Assembly: GCF_963921235.1 (NCBI RefSeq)
Contig: NC_086097.1
Span: forward strand, 176,888,001 to 176,952,000
Reading direction: 5' to 3'
DNA: 64,000 nt
Source: Mobula hypostoma
Taxonomy: Eukaryota
Within the stretch, counting starts at the first letter, position 1, and the number at the start of each line of letters is the position of its first letter. The notes below the pieces were generated by a model, which was given only the letters and a program-made list of their open reading frames with translations, was not told where the DNA came from and ran no database searches. Made by a program: the position numbers and the translations under genes. Positions 1 through 11,335 of this stretch are shown here, piece by piece.

Positions 1-455
1 TGGAATTATACAACATACTGACTTCCGGTAATTGCTCCCCTTCCCCCCCCCCACCCCCTTCACCATTCCCATTCCTGTTTCACTCTCTCACCTTATCTCC
101 TTACCTGCCCATCACTTCCCTCTAGTGTTCCTGCCCCGTCCCTTTCGTCCATGGTCTTTTACCCTCTCCTATCAGATACCCACTTCTCCAACCCTTTATC
201 TCTTTCACCTATCAGCTTCCCAGCTTTTTACTTCACCCCTCCCCTCTCCCAGTTTCACCTATCACCTTGCACTTCTTTCTCCCCTCCCCCCACCTCTTGC
301 TCTAACTTCAAATCTTTTTTTTTACAGATTTGATGATGTGTCTCAGCCCGAAATGTTGACTGTTTACTTTTCCATTGATGCTGCCTGGCCTGATGAGTTC
401 CTCCAGCATTTTGTATGAATTGATTGGATTTCCAGCATCTGCGGATTTTCTCGTC
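1..455 (+). mobile_element. Penelope-like element 3' terminal fragment (pyrimidine-rich 3' region, decayed hammerhead, terminal stem-loop)
   Basis: TGATGA..CCCGAAATGTTGACT at ~331-361, then GATGCTGCCTGGCCTG..CCAGCATCTGC; same layout as the 3' end of the RT/GIY-YIG element at 40467-43700. Confidence 0.8.
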
Positions 456-1294
456 TTAGTCTCTGGCCCAGACTTGCAGACTCATAGACATTGTGCCATT
501 GATCTCCAGACAGGCTAACACAGGTTCTTCAACCCTCAGGCTTCTCCCTCAGAGCTCTCTGACTTCAGTCTTTGACCACAATGCTATTTCTAACTTTAGA
601 CAGTTCCTATTGGTCCAAGCTGATTTCAGTTTTGTATTGCATGGTGCTGAGATGTAACGAAATTTAACATCATTTCAATTGGAAAAGGTAAAAATTTAGC
701 CACAAGTTTGCATGCAAACTAACCTGTCAAAAGAGATCTGCTATTAGACTCTGTGAAGTAGATTTAATTTATTTGTGAAGACAGGGGTTTCTTTAATCAC
801 AGCCATCTGCTCCAGTGTGTGGGGTTTTAATATGAATTCCCAGTGAGTCACTTTATGAGCCAGTCCTTGTTAAATGAAGCATATTCAGGAAGGTACAATA
901 GGAAGGAGGAGATTTTACTATAATAGACATCTGTTATCCTTACTAATATCTAATGCAGTCAAAATATTGCCAATACTAATCAATGACTCTGCTTGTGATC
1001 CACTAAAACCAGCATCTGTCCCCTCAGTGTGGAATGTGAGCCCAGAATTCAGAATGCAAGTGGGGAGAGCAGCTGGAGTCGGGATTTGGGTTTGGAATGT
1101 GCGTAGGATTGAACCACAATCAGGATTCAGAGTATATTTCCTGCTCCCTTTGCATTCATCATATTTACTAGAAAATCTACTCTACCACAGTGTAATGTGT
1201 AAAAAAGAATGTGAAATTGAAATGTGTTTAGGTACAAATGGGAGTAGCATCCAAAAGTTTGGAAAATTTGCCAGCTCAGCATCAAAGTCCTAAA

Positions 1295-1550
1295 GGTCTC
1301 TTTTTCCTTTCTTTCTTTCTTTTCTCTTTCTCTCTCTCTCACACGTTTTATTTCTCCCTTGCTCTCTCTCACTCTCTCTTGCTTTCACACCCTTTATACC
1401 TTTCTTGGTCTGCCTCTCCCTTGCACACTCACTCTCTTTTTCTCTCACATTCTTTATATCACTCTTGCTCCCTCTCACTCTTGCTCTGTTATCTCTATTT
1501 TTCTCATATTCTTTATTACGTTTCTTCTCTATCTCATTTTTCTTTCTCTC
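1295..1550. repeat. CT-rich low-complexity/microsatellite tract
   Basis: Degenerate (CT)n and (CTTT)n runs. Confidence 0.85.
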
Positions 1551-2123
1551 AGAGTTACCACAGGCAAACAGATGAGGCCATTGGCTCTGCACCTGCTCAG
1601 GAGATAATTTGACGCATCAAATCAGCCCATTATGTCAACCAGACAAATCAGTTAGCACATGAGTTAACAGCCATTTTCTTCATCCCGCAGTCTGACTTTT
1701 CACAGCTTCAAATATCAAAGAAAGACCGTTCATTTCACCCTGTCCATCACATCCTACCCATATACCCAGTCCTTCTCATCCTACCCCATCATCCAACCCT
1801 GAAGCCTGAAGTCACGTATCACCAAATTTAATAATGGCTATCTCCCTTCAATCATTCAACTTTTTGACAAACCAGCACAACCCTAATCACTAACAGACTA
1901 CAGAAACACTATCACCACTTTGCAGTACAATGGACTTTCTGTTGCTTTCATCTTCTCAATTCTTGTATAATTTTGTATAATTTATGTTTGCTTTATGTTT
2001 TTTTCTTGTGGATGCTGTGTATCCATTGCTACTTGTCTGTGATGCTGCTGCAAGTAAGTTTCTTGTTCCACCTGTATATACATGTATTGTGCAAAAGTCA
2101 ATACACTCAGATTCAGACTTTGA

Positions 2124-4157
2124 CACTCACCCCATCACCAACACTCCCCATTCCATTCACCTCACTCTCCTGCACTCACCCCATCAACCCAACTCTCCCC
2201 ATTCCACTCACCTCACTCTCCTGCACTCACCCCATCAACCCAACTCTCCCCATTCCACTCACCTCACCCTCCTGCACTCAACCCATCCACCAACTCTCCC
2301 CATTCCATTCACCTCACTCTCCTGCACTCACCCCATCCACCAACTCTCCCCATTCCATTCACCTCACCCTCCTGCACTCACCCCATCGACCAATTCTCCC
2401 CATTCCATTCACCTCACCCTCCTTACTCACCTCATCAACCCAACCCTCCCCATTCCATTCACCTCACCCTCATACTCACCTCATCCACCCAACTCTCCCC
2501 ATTCCATTCACCTCACTCTCCTGCACTCACCCCATCAACCCAACTCTCCCCATTCCACTCACCTCACCCTCCTGCACTCAACCCATCCACCAACTCTCCC
2601 CATTCCATTCACCTCACTCTCCTGCACTCACCCCATCCACCAACTCTCCCCATTCCATTCACCTCACTCTCCTGCACTCACCCCATCCACCAACTCTCCC
2701 CATTCCACTCACCTCACCCTCCTGCACTCACCCCATCGACCAACTCTCCCCATTCCATTCACCTCACCCTCCTTACTCACCTCATCAACCCAACCCTCCC
2801 CATTCCATTCACCTCACCCTCATACTCACCTCATCCACCCAACTCTCCCCATTCCATTCACCTCACTCTCCTGCACTCACCCCATCAACCCAACTCTCCC
2901 CATTCCACTCACCTCACCCTCCTGCCCTCACCTCATCAACCCAACCCTCCCCATTCCATTCACCTTACTTTCCTGCACTCACCCCATCCACCAATTCTCC
3001 CCATTCCATTCACCTCACTCTCCTTACTCACCTCATCCACCCAACTCTCCCCATTCCATTCACCTCACTCTCCTGCACTCACCCCATCCACCAACTCTCC
3101 CCATTCCACTCACCTCACCCTCCTGCACTCACCCCATCGACCAACTCTCCCCAGTCCATTCACCTCACCCTCCTTACTCACCTCATCAACCCAACCCTCC
3201 CCATTCCATTCACCTCACCCTCACACTCACCTCATCCACCCAACTCTCCCCATTCCATTCACCTCACTCTCCTGCACTCACCCCATCAACCCAACTCTCC
3301 CCATTCCACTCACCTCACCCTCCTGCCCTCACCTCATCAACCCAACCCTCCCCATTCCATTCACCTTACTCTCCTGCACTCACCCCATCCACCAACTCTC
3401 CCCATTCCATTCACCTCACTCTCCTTACTCACCTCATCCACCCAACTCTCCCCATTCCATTCACCTCACTCTCCTGCACTCACCCCATCCACCAACTCTC
3501 CCCATTCCACTCACCTCACCCTCCTGCACTCACCCCATCGACCAACTCTCCCCAGTCCATTCACCTCACCCTCCTTACTCACCTCATCAACCCAACCCTC
3601 CCCATTCCATTCACCTCACCCTCACACTCACCTCATCCACCCAACTCTCCCCATTCCATTCACCTCACTCTCCTGCACTCACCCCATCAACCCAACTCTC
3701 CCCATTCCACTCACCTCACCCTCCTGCCCTCACCTCATCAACCCAACATTCCCCATTCCATTCACCTTACTCTCCTGCACTCACCCCATCCACCAACTCT
3801 CCCCATTCCATTCACCTCACTCTCCTTACTCACCTCATCCACCCAACTCTCCCCATTCCATTCACCTCACTCTCCTGCACTCACCCCATCCACCAACTCT
3901 CCCCATTCCATTCACCTCACTCTCCTTACTCACCTCATCCACCCAACTCTCCCCATTCTATTCACCTCACTCTCCTGCACTCACCCCATTCCATTCACCT
4001 CACTCTCCTTACTCACCTCATCCACCCAACTCTCCCCATTCCATTCACCTCACTCTCCTGCACTCACCCCATCAACCCAACCCTCCCCATTCCATTCACC
4101 TCACCCTCATACTCACCTCATCCACCCAACTCTCCCCATTCCATTCACCTCACCACC
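2124..4157. repeat. C/A-rich minisatellite, ~50-bp monomer (CAACTCTCCCCATTCCATTCACCTCACTCTCCTGCACTCACCCCATCCAC) with higher-order repeats
   Basis: About 40 tandem monomers. Lines at 2221/2521 and 2281/2581 are identical (period 300). Variant CCTGCCCTCA recurs at ~2921/3322/3723 and CCAGTCC at ~3151/3552 (period 401). Confidence 0.95.
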
Positions 4158-4458
4158 CGACCTGGTGATGGCTATTGCCTGCACCTTCTGTGGCACAAGT
4201 TTTATTTGCCACAGAGGAAGCAGACCATGTCAGAATGGTGCCAAGGGCCTCCTGCAGGCAGACAAGTTCAAGTTTCAAGTTTAACTACCATTCAAGCTTA
4301 CATGAATATAGCCAAATGAAACAGCATTTCTGCAGGGCCAATATGCAAAACACTTTACCAACAGCACACAGCACATTGCACATAGCACTTACTGTGACAC
4401 ATAGCACGTATGGTAACAATTTCAGGAAAAGATGCAGTCACAATGAGAACAAAATATA

Positions 4459-4592
4459 CACGAACACGAGGAAATCTGCAGATGCTGGAATTTCAAGCAA
4501 CACACATAAAAGTTGCTGGTGAACGCAGCAGGCCAGGCAGCATCTCTAGGAAGAGGTACAGTCGACGATTCAGGCCAAGACCCTTCGTCAGG
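4459..4592 (-). mobile_element. Micro-insertion of PLE 3' end (hammerhead plus terminal stem-loop only)
   Basis: Reverse complement of the PLE terminus; flanked by ACAAAATATA at 4449-4458 and 4593-4602. Confidence 0.85.
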
Positions 4593-5540
4593 ACAAAATA
4601 TAGCCCATGTTGTCCTGTTCCAGCTTGTTCTTCTGCCAAGCGAACACTGGAGGGCAGCACCAACAGGCGGGGCCAGTGCCAACCCAATACGAAATCCAGA
4701 GGCACACAGACAGCTCTGGTATCTCTTTCACCAACAACGGCATCAGGCGAGTCCAGGGCATGTGGGCCTTGTTCACGCGATAACCGAGGCAAGACAGCTC
4801 TCCTGCCTTCAGCTGCTTCACTTGCTGGGGAGATGTGAATTGAGTTAAGGACTGTGCACTCATTATTAAACAACACTACTGCGCTGTGGGCACAGCTCAG
4901 CATATCACTAAAACCAGCCTCTCTCCCTTGTCTCTGTCTACACCTCTCACTACTTTGGTAAAAGAGAGAACATAATCAAAGACCCCTCCCAACCCACTCA
5001 TTCTCTCTTCTCCCCTCTCCAAGGGCAGAAGATACAAAAAGCCTGAAAACACGTAACACCGGGCTCAAGGTCAGCTTCTAACCCACTGTTATAAGTCTAC
5101 AGGCAGTCTGTTATATCGATAAGGTGCACTCTTGATTTCACAATCTCCCTCATTATGGCTTTGCATTTTGTTTGTCCCCCTGCAATGCACTTACTCTGTA
5201 ACTGTAACACTATACCTTGTACTACAGTATGATTTGTACAGTATGCAACACAAGCTTTTCACTGCACCTCAGTGCAGGTGAAAATTGTAAAGTAATTGCA
5301 ATCCAATTGTGATAGAAGGAAGGTCACCGATGAAGCAGATGAAGATGGCTGGTTGTGGGATACTGCCCTGATATTTGCCACAGAGGAAGCAGTCTGTGAG
5401 AGAATGGTGCCGAGGCCCTCCTGCAGGCAGATAAGTTCAAGTTTCAAGTTTAATTATCATTCAAGCTTGCATGAATATAGCCAAATGAAACAGCATTTCT
5501 CCGGGGCCAATGTGCAAAATGCTTTACCAACAGCATACAG

Positions 5541-7450
5541 ACTGGCTGCCTTGCTAAGTCTGATCACTTGGCTGTACTTCTACTGCCTGAGTATAGGCTG
5601 AGAACAAAGACTGCAGCACCAGTAGTGAAAACCAAGAAGGTATGGACCAGGGAAACACAGGAGCGCCTACAGGACTGCTTTGAGTCAATGGACTGGACTG
5701 TATTCAGGGATTCATCTCCAAGCCTGGATGGGTATGTCACAGTTGTCAACAACTTCATTAAAACCTGTGTGGATGAGTGTGTGCCTATGAAAGCTTACTG
5801 TATAGTCCCAAACCAAAAGCCGTGGAAGAACCAAAAGGTTTGTAATCTGCTGAGGGCTAGATCTGTGGCATTTAAGTCTGGCAATCCAGACCTGTATAAG
5901 AAAACCAGGTATGACTTGTGGAGGGCTATTTCAAGAGCCAAGAAACAATTCCAGGAGAGGTTGGAGATGACATCAGATGTATATCAGCTCTGGCAGAGTC
6001 TGCAGGCCATTACCTCCTACAAAGCAAAACCCACCGTGATGAATGGCAGTGATGCTTCACTACCGGTGAGCTCAACACCTTTTATGCTTCCTTTGAAAGG
6101 GAGAATAAAACCACAGCTGTCAGGATCCCTGCAGCACTCGATGACCCTGTGATCTCTGACCCGGACGCCAATGTCAGGCTGCCTTTCCAGGGAGTGAAAT
6201 CTGTAAGGCAGCAGAGTCCGTTGGAGTACCTGGTGAGGCTCAGAAAACCTGTGCCAACCAAATGGCAGGAATATTCAAGGACATTTCCAATCTCTCACTG
6301 CCACAGTCAGAAGTTCTCACCTGCTTCAAAATGACAGCAATTATACCAGTACCCAAGAAGAGCAGTGTGAGCTGCCTCAACAGCTATTGTCCAGTAGCAT
6401 TCACATCTACGGAGATGAAATGCTTTGAGAGGTTGGTCATGGCTAGAATCAACATTTGCCTCAAGAAGGACTTGGACCTGCTGCGTTTTGCCTATTGCCA
6501 CAATAGGTCTAGAGCAGACACAATCTCAATGGCTCTGCACGCAGCCTTGGATCACCTGGACAATGCAAATACCTATGTCAGGATGGATGCTGTTTGTTGC
6601 CTATTACCAGCATTTAACACCATCATTCCTACAGTTCTGATCAGAAAGCTACAGAACCTGGGCCTCTGTCCTTCCCTCTGCAGCTGGAACCTTGTTTTCC
6701 TAACCAGAAGACCACAATCTGTGTGGATTGGAAATAACATCTCCATCTCACTGACAATTAACACTGGCGCTCCCCAGCAATGTATCCCTAGCCTACTGCC
6801 CCACTTTCTCTACACCCATGTGTGGCTACGCACAAATCAAATGCCATCTATAAATTTGCTGATGATATAACCATTGTTGTCAGAATTTCAGATGGTGACG
6901 AAAGGTCCTTCAGGAGCAAGATATGCCCGTTAGTTGAGTAGTGTCGCAGCAACAATCTTGCACTCAACATCAACAAGACCAAAGAGCTGTTTGTGACTTC
7001 AGGAAACACAAACCAATCCTCATTGAGGGAGCGGAGGTGGAGACAGTGAGCAATTTCAAGTTCCTTGGTGTCAATATCTCCGAGGACCTAACCTGGATGC
7101 AATATATCAATGCAGCTATAAAGAAGGCAAGACAGTGACTATTTTTCCGTAGGAGTTTGAGGAGATTAGGTTTGTCAACAAAAACACTCAAAACCTTTGA
7201 CAAATATACTGTGGAGAGCATCCTGACTGGCTGCATCACCATCTGGTATGGGGAGGTGGGAGGCTACTGCACAAGATCGAAGTAATTTACAGAAACTTGT
7301 AAAATTAGTCAGCTCTGTCATGGGTACCGGCCTCCGTAGTATCCAAGGCATCTTCAAGAGGCAGTGCCTTAGAAAGGCAGCATCCATTGTTAAGGATCTC
7401 CACCACCCAGGCCATGCCCTCTTCACACAGTTACCATCGGGAAAGAGGTA
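5541..7450 (+). mobile_element. Rex1/Babar-type LINE fragment, frameshifted RT pseudogene
   Basis: ORFs 5568-6152, 6262-6870, 6941-7138 and 7248-7451 carry [41 protein letters not shown] (~6852), FKFLGVNISEDLTW and HPGHALF..LPSGKR. Confidence 0.9.
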
Positions 7451-8502
7451 ATTCCTGCAGTGATGTCTCCGGCGAGGGCGTGCTTTCCTCTTCGTACCCA
7501 TTGACCAGCTTACCTTAGATTCCTCGCTCAATCAAATGCATTTTTATAAAGAGCAGTCACTCTTCAGTCCTTGGTCCATATTGGTGCCAAAGACTGTGAG
7601 GAATCTGGAGTCCACACTGACAATCAAATATCCATTCACACCAATTCTGACGAAGGGTCTTCTGACATTAGGTGTCCAATTACATCCACAGGTTCTGCTC
7701 GATGCACTGAGTTCCTCCAGCAGATTGTTTTTTTGTAGCTGATTCCCAGCGTCCACAGTCTCTTAGGTCAACACTAACCCCCACATTCTGACCATTTCCC
7801 CCGGATTCTGCCACTCCCCTACACAGGAGGGAGGGGATTTCCCTGGGTCACCGGACTGGTGAGGCATCACCTCTATCAGCTGTGCCACTGCACCTCCAAC
7901 CCCACAAGGTACTTTTAAAAACCTATATGTCTGACCAACTCTTTAGTCACCATGCCTAATGTCTTCTGGAGGGAAGTGTTGAAATTTTTGGTTGAAAGCC
8001 TTCATCTGGACTGGAAGTTGGAGGGGAGATAAACATGATGAAAAGGTGAGGGAAGGGGTGGAATAAGAGCTAGCAGGGGATGGGTGGGTCCAGGTGAGGA
8101 AAGGTTATAGGCTTCCTCTTGCTCACAATCTGCATGTTATTCCGTATTGTAGACAAATATGCCAACAATACAAAAGTGTGTGGGGAAGCAAGGGTGCGGG
8201 TGATGAAGAACAGGCAAACAGATAAAGTCAGGACATATGTTCAAAGGAGGGGGTGTAAAGTTTTGCTCTTTGCCTGGAAGAATAAAATCGCCGATATTGA
8301 ATTCTCTGTCATCAATATCCTTAGAGTCACTGCTGACCAGAAACTCACCCGGATCAATCAAATGAATACCATGGTTACGGGCAAGTCAGAGTAGCCAGTG
8401 AGTATGGTGTATTCAGTGCATTTTGTAGATGATACACACTGCAGCCACAGTCAATCAAAGTTTAGGGTGGGGTGTGGGTGTCAGTCAAGTGGGTAGTGTT
8501 GT

Positions 8503-8960
8503 CAGAATCAGAATCAGGTTTATTATCACTGTTATAGGTCATGAAATTCGTTGTTTGTTGGCAGAAAAAGACATTAAAAAATTGCTATAATTTACAATGA
8601 AAAATAAGGTGCAAAAGAGGAATAGTGAGGTAGTGATCATGAGGTCCTGGACCACTCAGAGAGGAAAAAGCTGTTCCTGAATGGTTGATTGTAGGTCTTC
8701 ATATTCCTGTATCTTCTCCCTGATGGTAGTAATGAGAAGAGCGTCCTTAGTGATGGATGACACCTTCATGAGACATTGCCTTTTGAAGATAGTGTGAAGG
8801 GTTGCGATGCAACTGGCTGAGTCTAGGACCCTCTGCAGCCTTTTGCTATCCTGTGCACTCGTGCTTCCATACCAGGTAGTGGTGCAGCTGGTCAGAATGC
8901 CGTGCATGGTACATCTGTAGAAATTTGCAGGTCTTGGTGACATATCAAATCTCTTCAACC
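8503..8960 (-). mobile_element. Rex1-type LINE 3' fragment
   Basis: (TCAGAA)n plus GGTTTATT is the reverse-complemented tail; ORF 8656-9069 has FYRCT..GILTSCTTTWYG. Confidence 0.75.
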
Positions 8961-9209
8961 TGGTCTTAAGTTTCTTAAACGTTGTTGGAGCTGCACTCAT
9001 CCAGACAATGGAGAGTGCTCCATCAGACTCCTGGCTTCGTGCCTTGGAGGGGCCTTGGATATGAGACACTCACCATTGCATACTATATGTTCGAAGTGCA
9101 GGGAGATGGGTCTAGAGTGAAGATCAGGCCGGCATGGACTAGATGGGCCAAAGGGCCTATTTCTGTTCCATAGTACTTGGAGACTCTGTGACTCTATGAA
9201 TATAAAGGA

Positions 9210-9351
9210 CAACACAAAATACTCTGCAGATGCTGGGGTCAAACACGCTGGAGGAACTCAGCAGATCGGGCAGCATCCGTGGAAACAATCAGAAAACGTT
9301 TCGGGCCAGAACCCTTCATCAGAACTGAAGAGGGAAGGGGCAGAGGCCCTG
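9210..9351 (-). mobile_element. Short PLE 3' end insertion with hammerhead core
   Basis: Minus strand reads CTGATGA-AGGGTTCTGGCCC-GAAACGTT (9291-9326); 13-bp TSD TGAATATAAAGGA at 9197-9209 and 9352-9364. Confidence 0.85.
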
Positions 9352-10984
9352 TGAATATAAAGGAAATGGGGGTACATGAATAGTACACAGGTGGAGGACG
9401 TTAGGTACAAATCGGCATCAGGTTTGGCACTGCATCATGGGCCAAATGGCCCGCCCAGTGCCGAACTACTTCTAAGGGGTGAAGTTACAATTCCACTTCA
9501 CTGCATCATAACAACCACACTTTAAGTCCCATTTCACCAACTGTTCAGGAAATCCCTAGACTCACACAATGGGGAATATAAATGCAAGATTTTATTTCAT
9601 TACACAAGAGTCTTAGAAAGATCAGAGGTTCCATAAAAGCCTTCACTGTGGATTAAATTCTGTAACTAGCAATTCCACTAAAATTGGTTTCACTCTGATA
9701 TCCTAATTTGTTGGAATATTTTAACAGTAGGATCTATCTAGGTAAACTCTGCTCCAGATGTCCCTGTAAACTGGACTGGAGAGAGGAATCAGACAGGATT
9801 AGTTCCATTTAGCCTGTCAATCAATCTCTTTCTTTCCAAACTAAAATATGCAAATCACTGTCATATTTTAATTGAATTATCCTTTGAAGTAAATAGTCTA
9901 AATTATTCCGTCTAATGTTATGCAGCATATAACGTGATAGGTTTTGACTTCAGGGGAGCTTTCTGTCAGTATGCATCTAAAAATAGTGCCGCCAAGGCGA
10001 GCTTGCAGCTTCATCCCTGTCACACTTTATTTCCAAGCTAAGCATCGGCAAAACCCACAGCAGAAGGTGCAGATCAGGAAAGAACTCGATGAGTGTGGAT
10101 GGGGGAGGGATACAGGAGGGGGAGGGGCAGTAGATCAGAGAGGAGCAGTGAAAGGAATGGGGAGATTTATCTGTTTATTGAGATACAATACAGAATAGGC
10201 CCTTCTGTCCCTTTGAGCCTTTCCACACAGCAGCCCTAGCCTAATTACAGGACCATTTACAATGACCAATTAACCTACCGAGTACATCCTTGGGAGAAAA
10301 CTGGAGCACCCGAAGGAATCCCATGCGATTACTGGGAGACCACTCAGGCTTCTTACAGGCAATGGCGGGATGGAGAGAGTGGAAGTTGGGACGCCGGTAG
10401 TGGAGGGAGTAGGGCTGTAGGAGGTTAGAAGATGGGACAGAGGCAATGGAGGGACTGGGAAAGGATGGAAAGGGTTGGTAGATGGGATGGAATAATAGAA
10501 GCAGTGGGGAGAAATGGAATAAACAGTCAATGTTTTGGGCGGAGACCTTTCTTTAGGACTCAGTAGTGGACCAAGCTCAGTGCAGCACAGAAAGCACCTC
10601 CATTGTCTCTACACTTCTTGCTGCCTTAGTAAGGCAGCCAGTGTAATGAAAGACCCCACCCACCCCTGACACCTTCACCTTCCTATTAAGCAGAAAATAC
10701 AAAGGCCTGAAAGCAAAACCCACTAGGCTCAACGGCAGCTTTTTTGCTTCTGTTACAAGACAATTGATCCCCTAGTATGATAAAATGTACTCCTGACTTC
10801 ACAATCTACCTCATTATGTTCAGGCAAGGCAGCAGCTGTGGAGAGGAATAAACAGTTGATGTTTTGGCTTGGGCCCTTTCATCATGACTGCAAAGGAAGC
10901 GGAGTGAGGGGGAGGAGTACGAGCTGGCAGGAGATAGGTGAGACCAGGTGAGAGGGAAGGTGAGTAGGTAGGGCAATTTAGAAT

Positions 10985-11335
10985 TATGAATAAGAGGCAT
11001 TGATAGAATGGATAGGGTCAAAATGTCTAATACTGGATGACATGCACTTAAGATGAGAAGGAGGTACTGTAAGTTCAAGGGAAATGTGCAGGGCAAGTTT
11101 TTTTACACAGAGAGCAGTGTGTCTGGGATGCACCGCCAGCGACAGAGGTAGAGGCCGATACAACAGGGGCATTTAAGAGGCTCTTGGATAGGCACACGAA
11201 TATGCAGAGAATAGATGGAAATGGGCATTGAGTGGGCAGATGGGATGAAAATAACTTGGCATTATTTGTTTAATTAGTTTGTCCCCACATCATGGGCTGA
11301 AATGTATGTTCCTGTGCTGTACTGTTCTATGTTCT
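10985..11335 (+). mobile_element. CR1 LINE 3' fragment
   Basis: TTTTTTACACAGAGAG, GCATTTAAGAGGCTCTTGG and the TTCTATGTTCT tail match the 3' end of the CR1 at 27405-29431. Confidence 0.75.

Noticed and set aside
874..1612. Short ORFs in unique and CT-rich DNA
   Set aside because: No recognisable domains; low-complexity or chance ORFs
2124..4157. Possible CRISPR array
   Set aside because: There are no unique spacers; the monomers are contiguous and the context is eukaryotic
1973..4284. 731-aa and 766-aa His/Pro/Ser/Thr-rich ORFs
   Set aside because: They are translations of a stop-free minisatellite open in several frames, with no evidence of a gene
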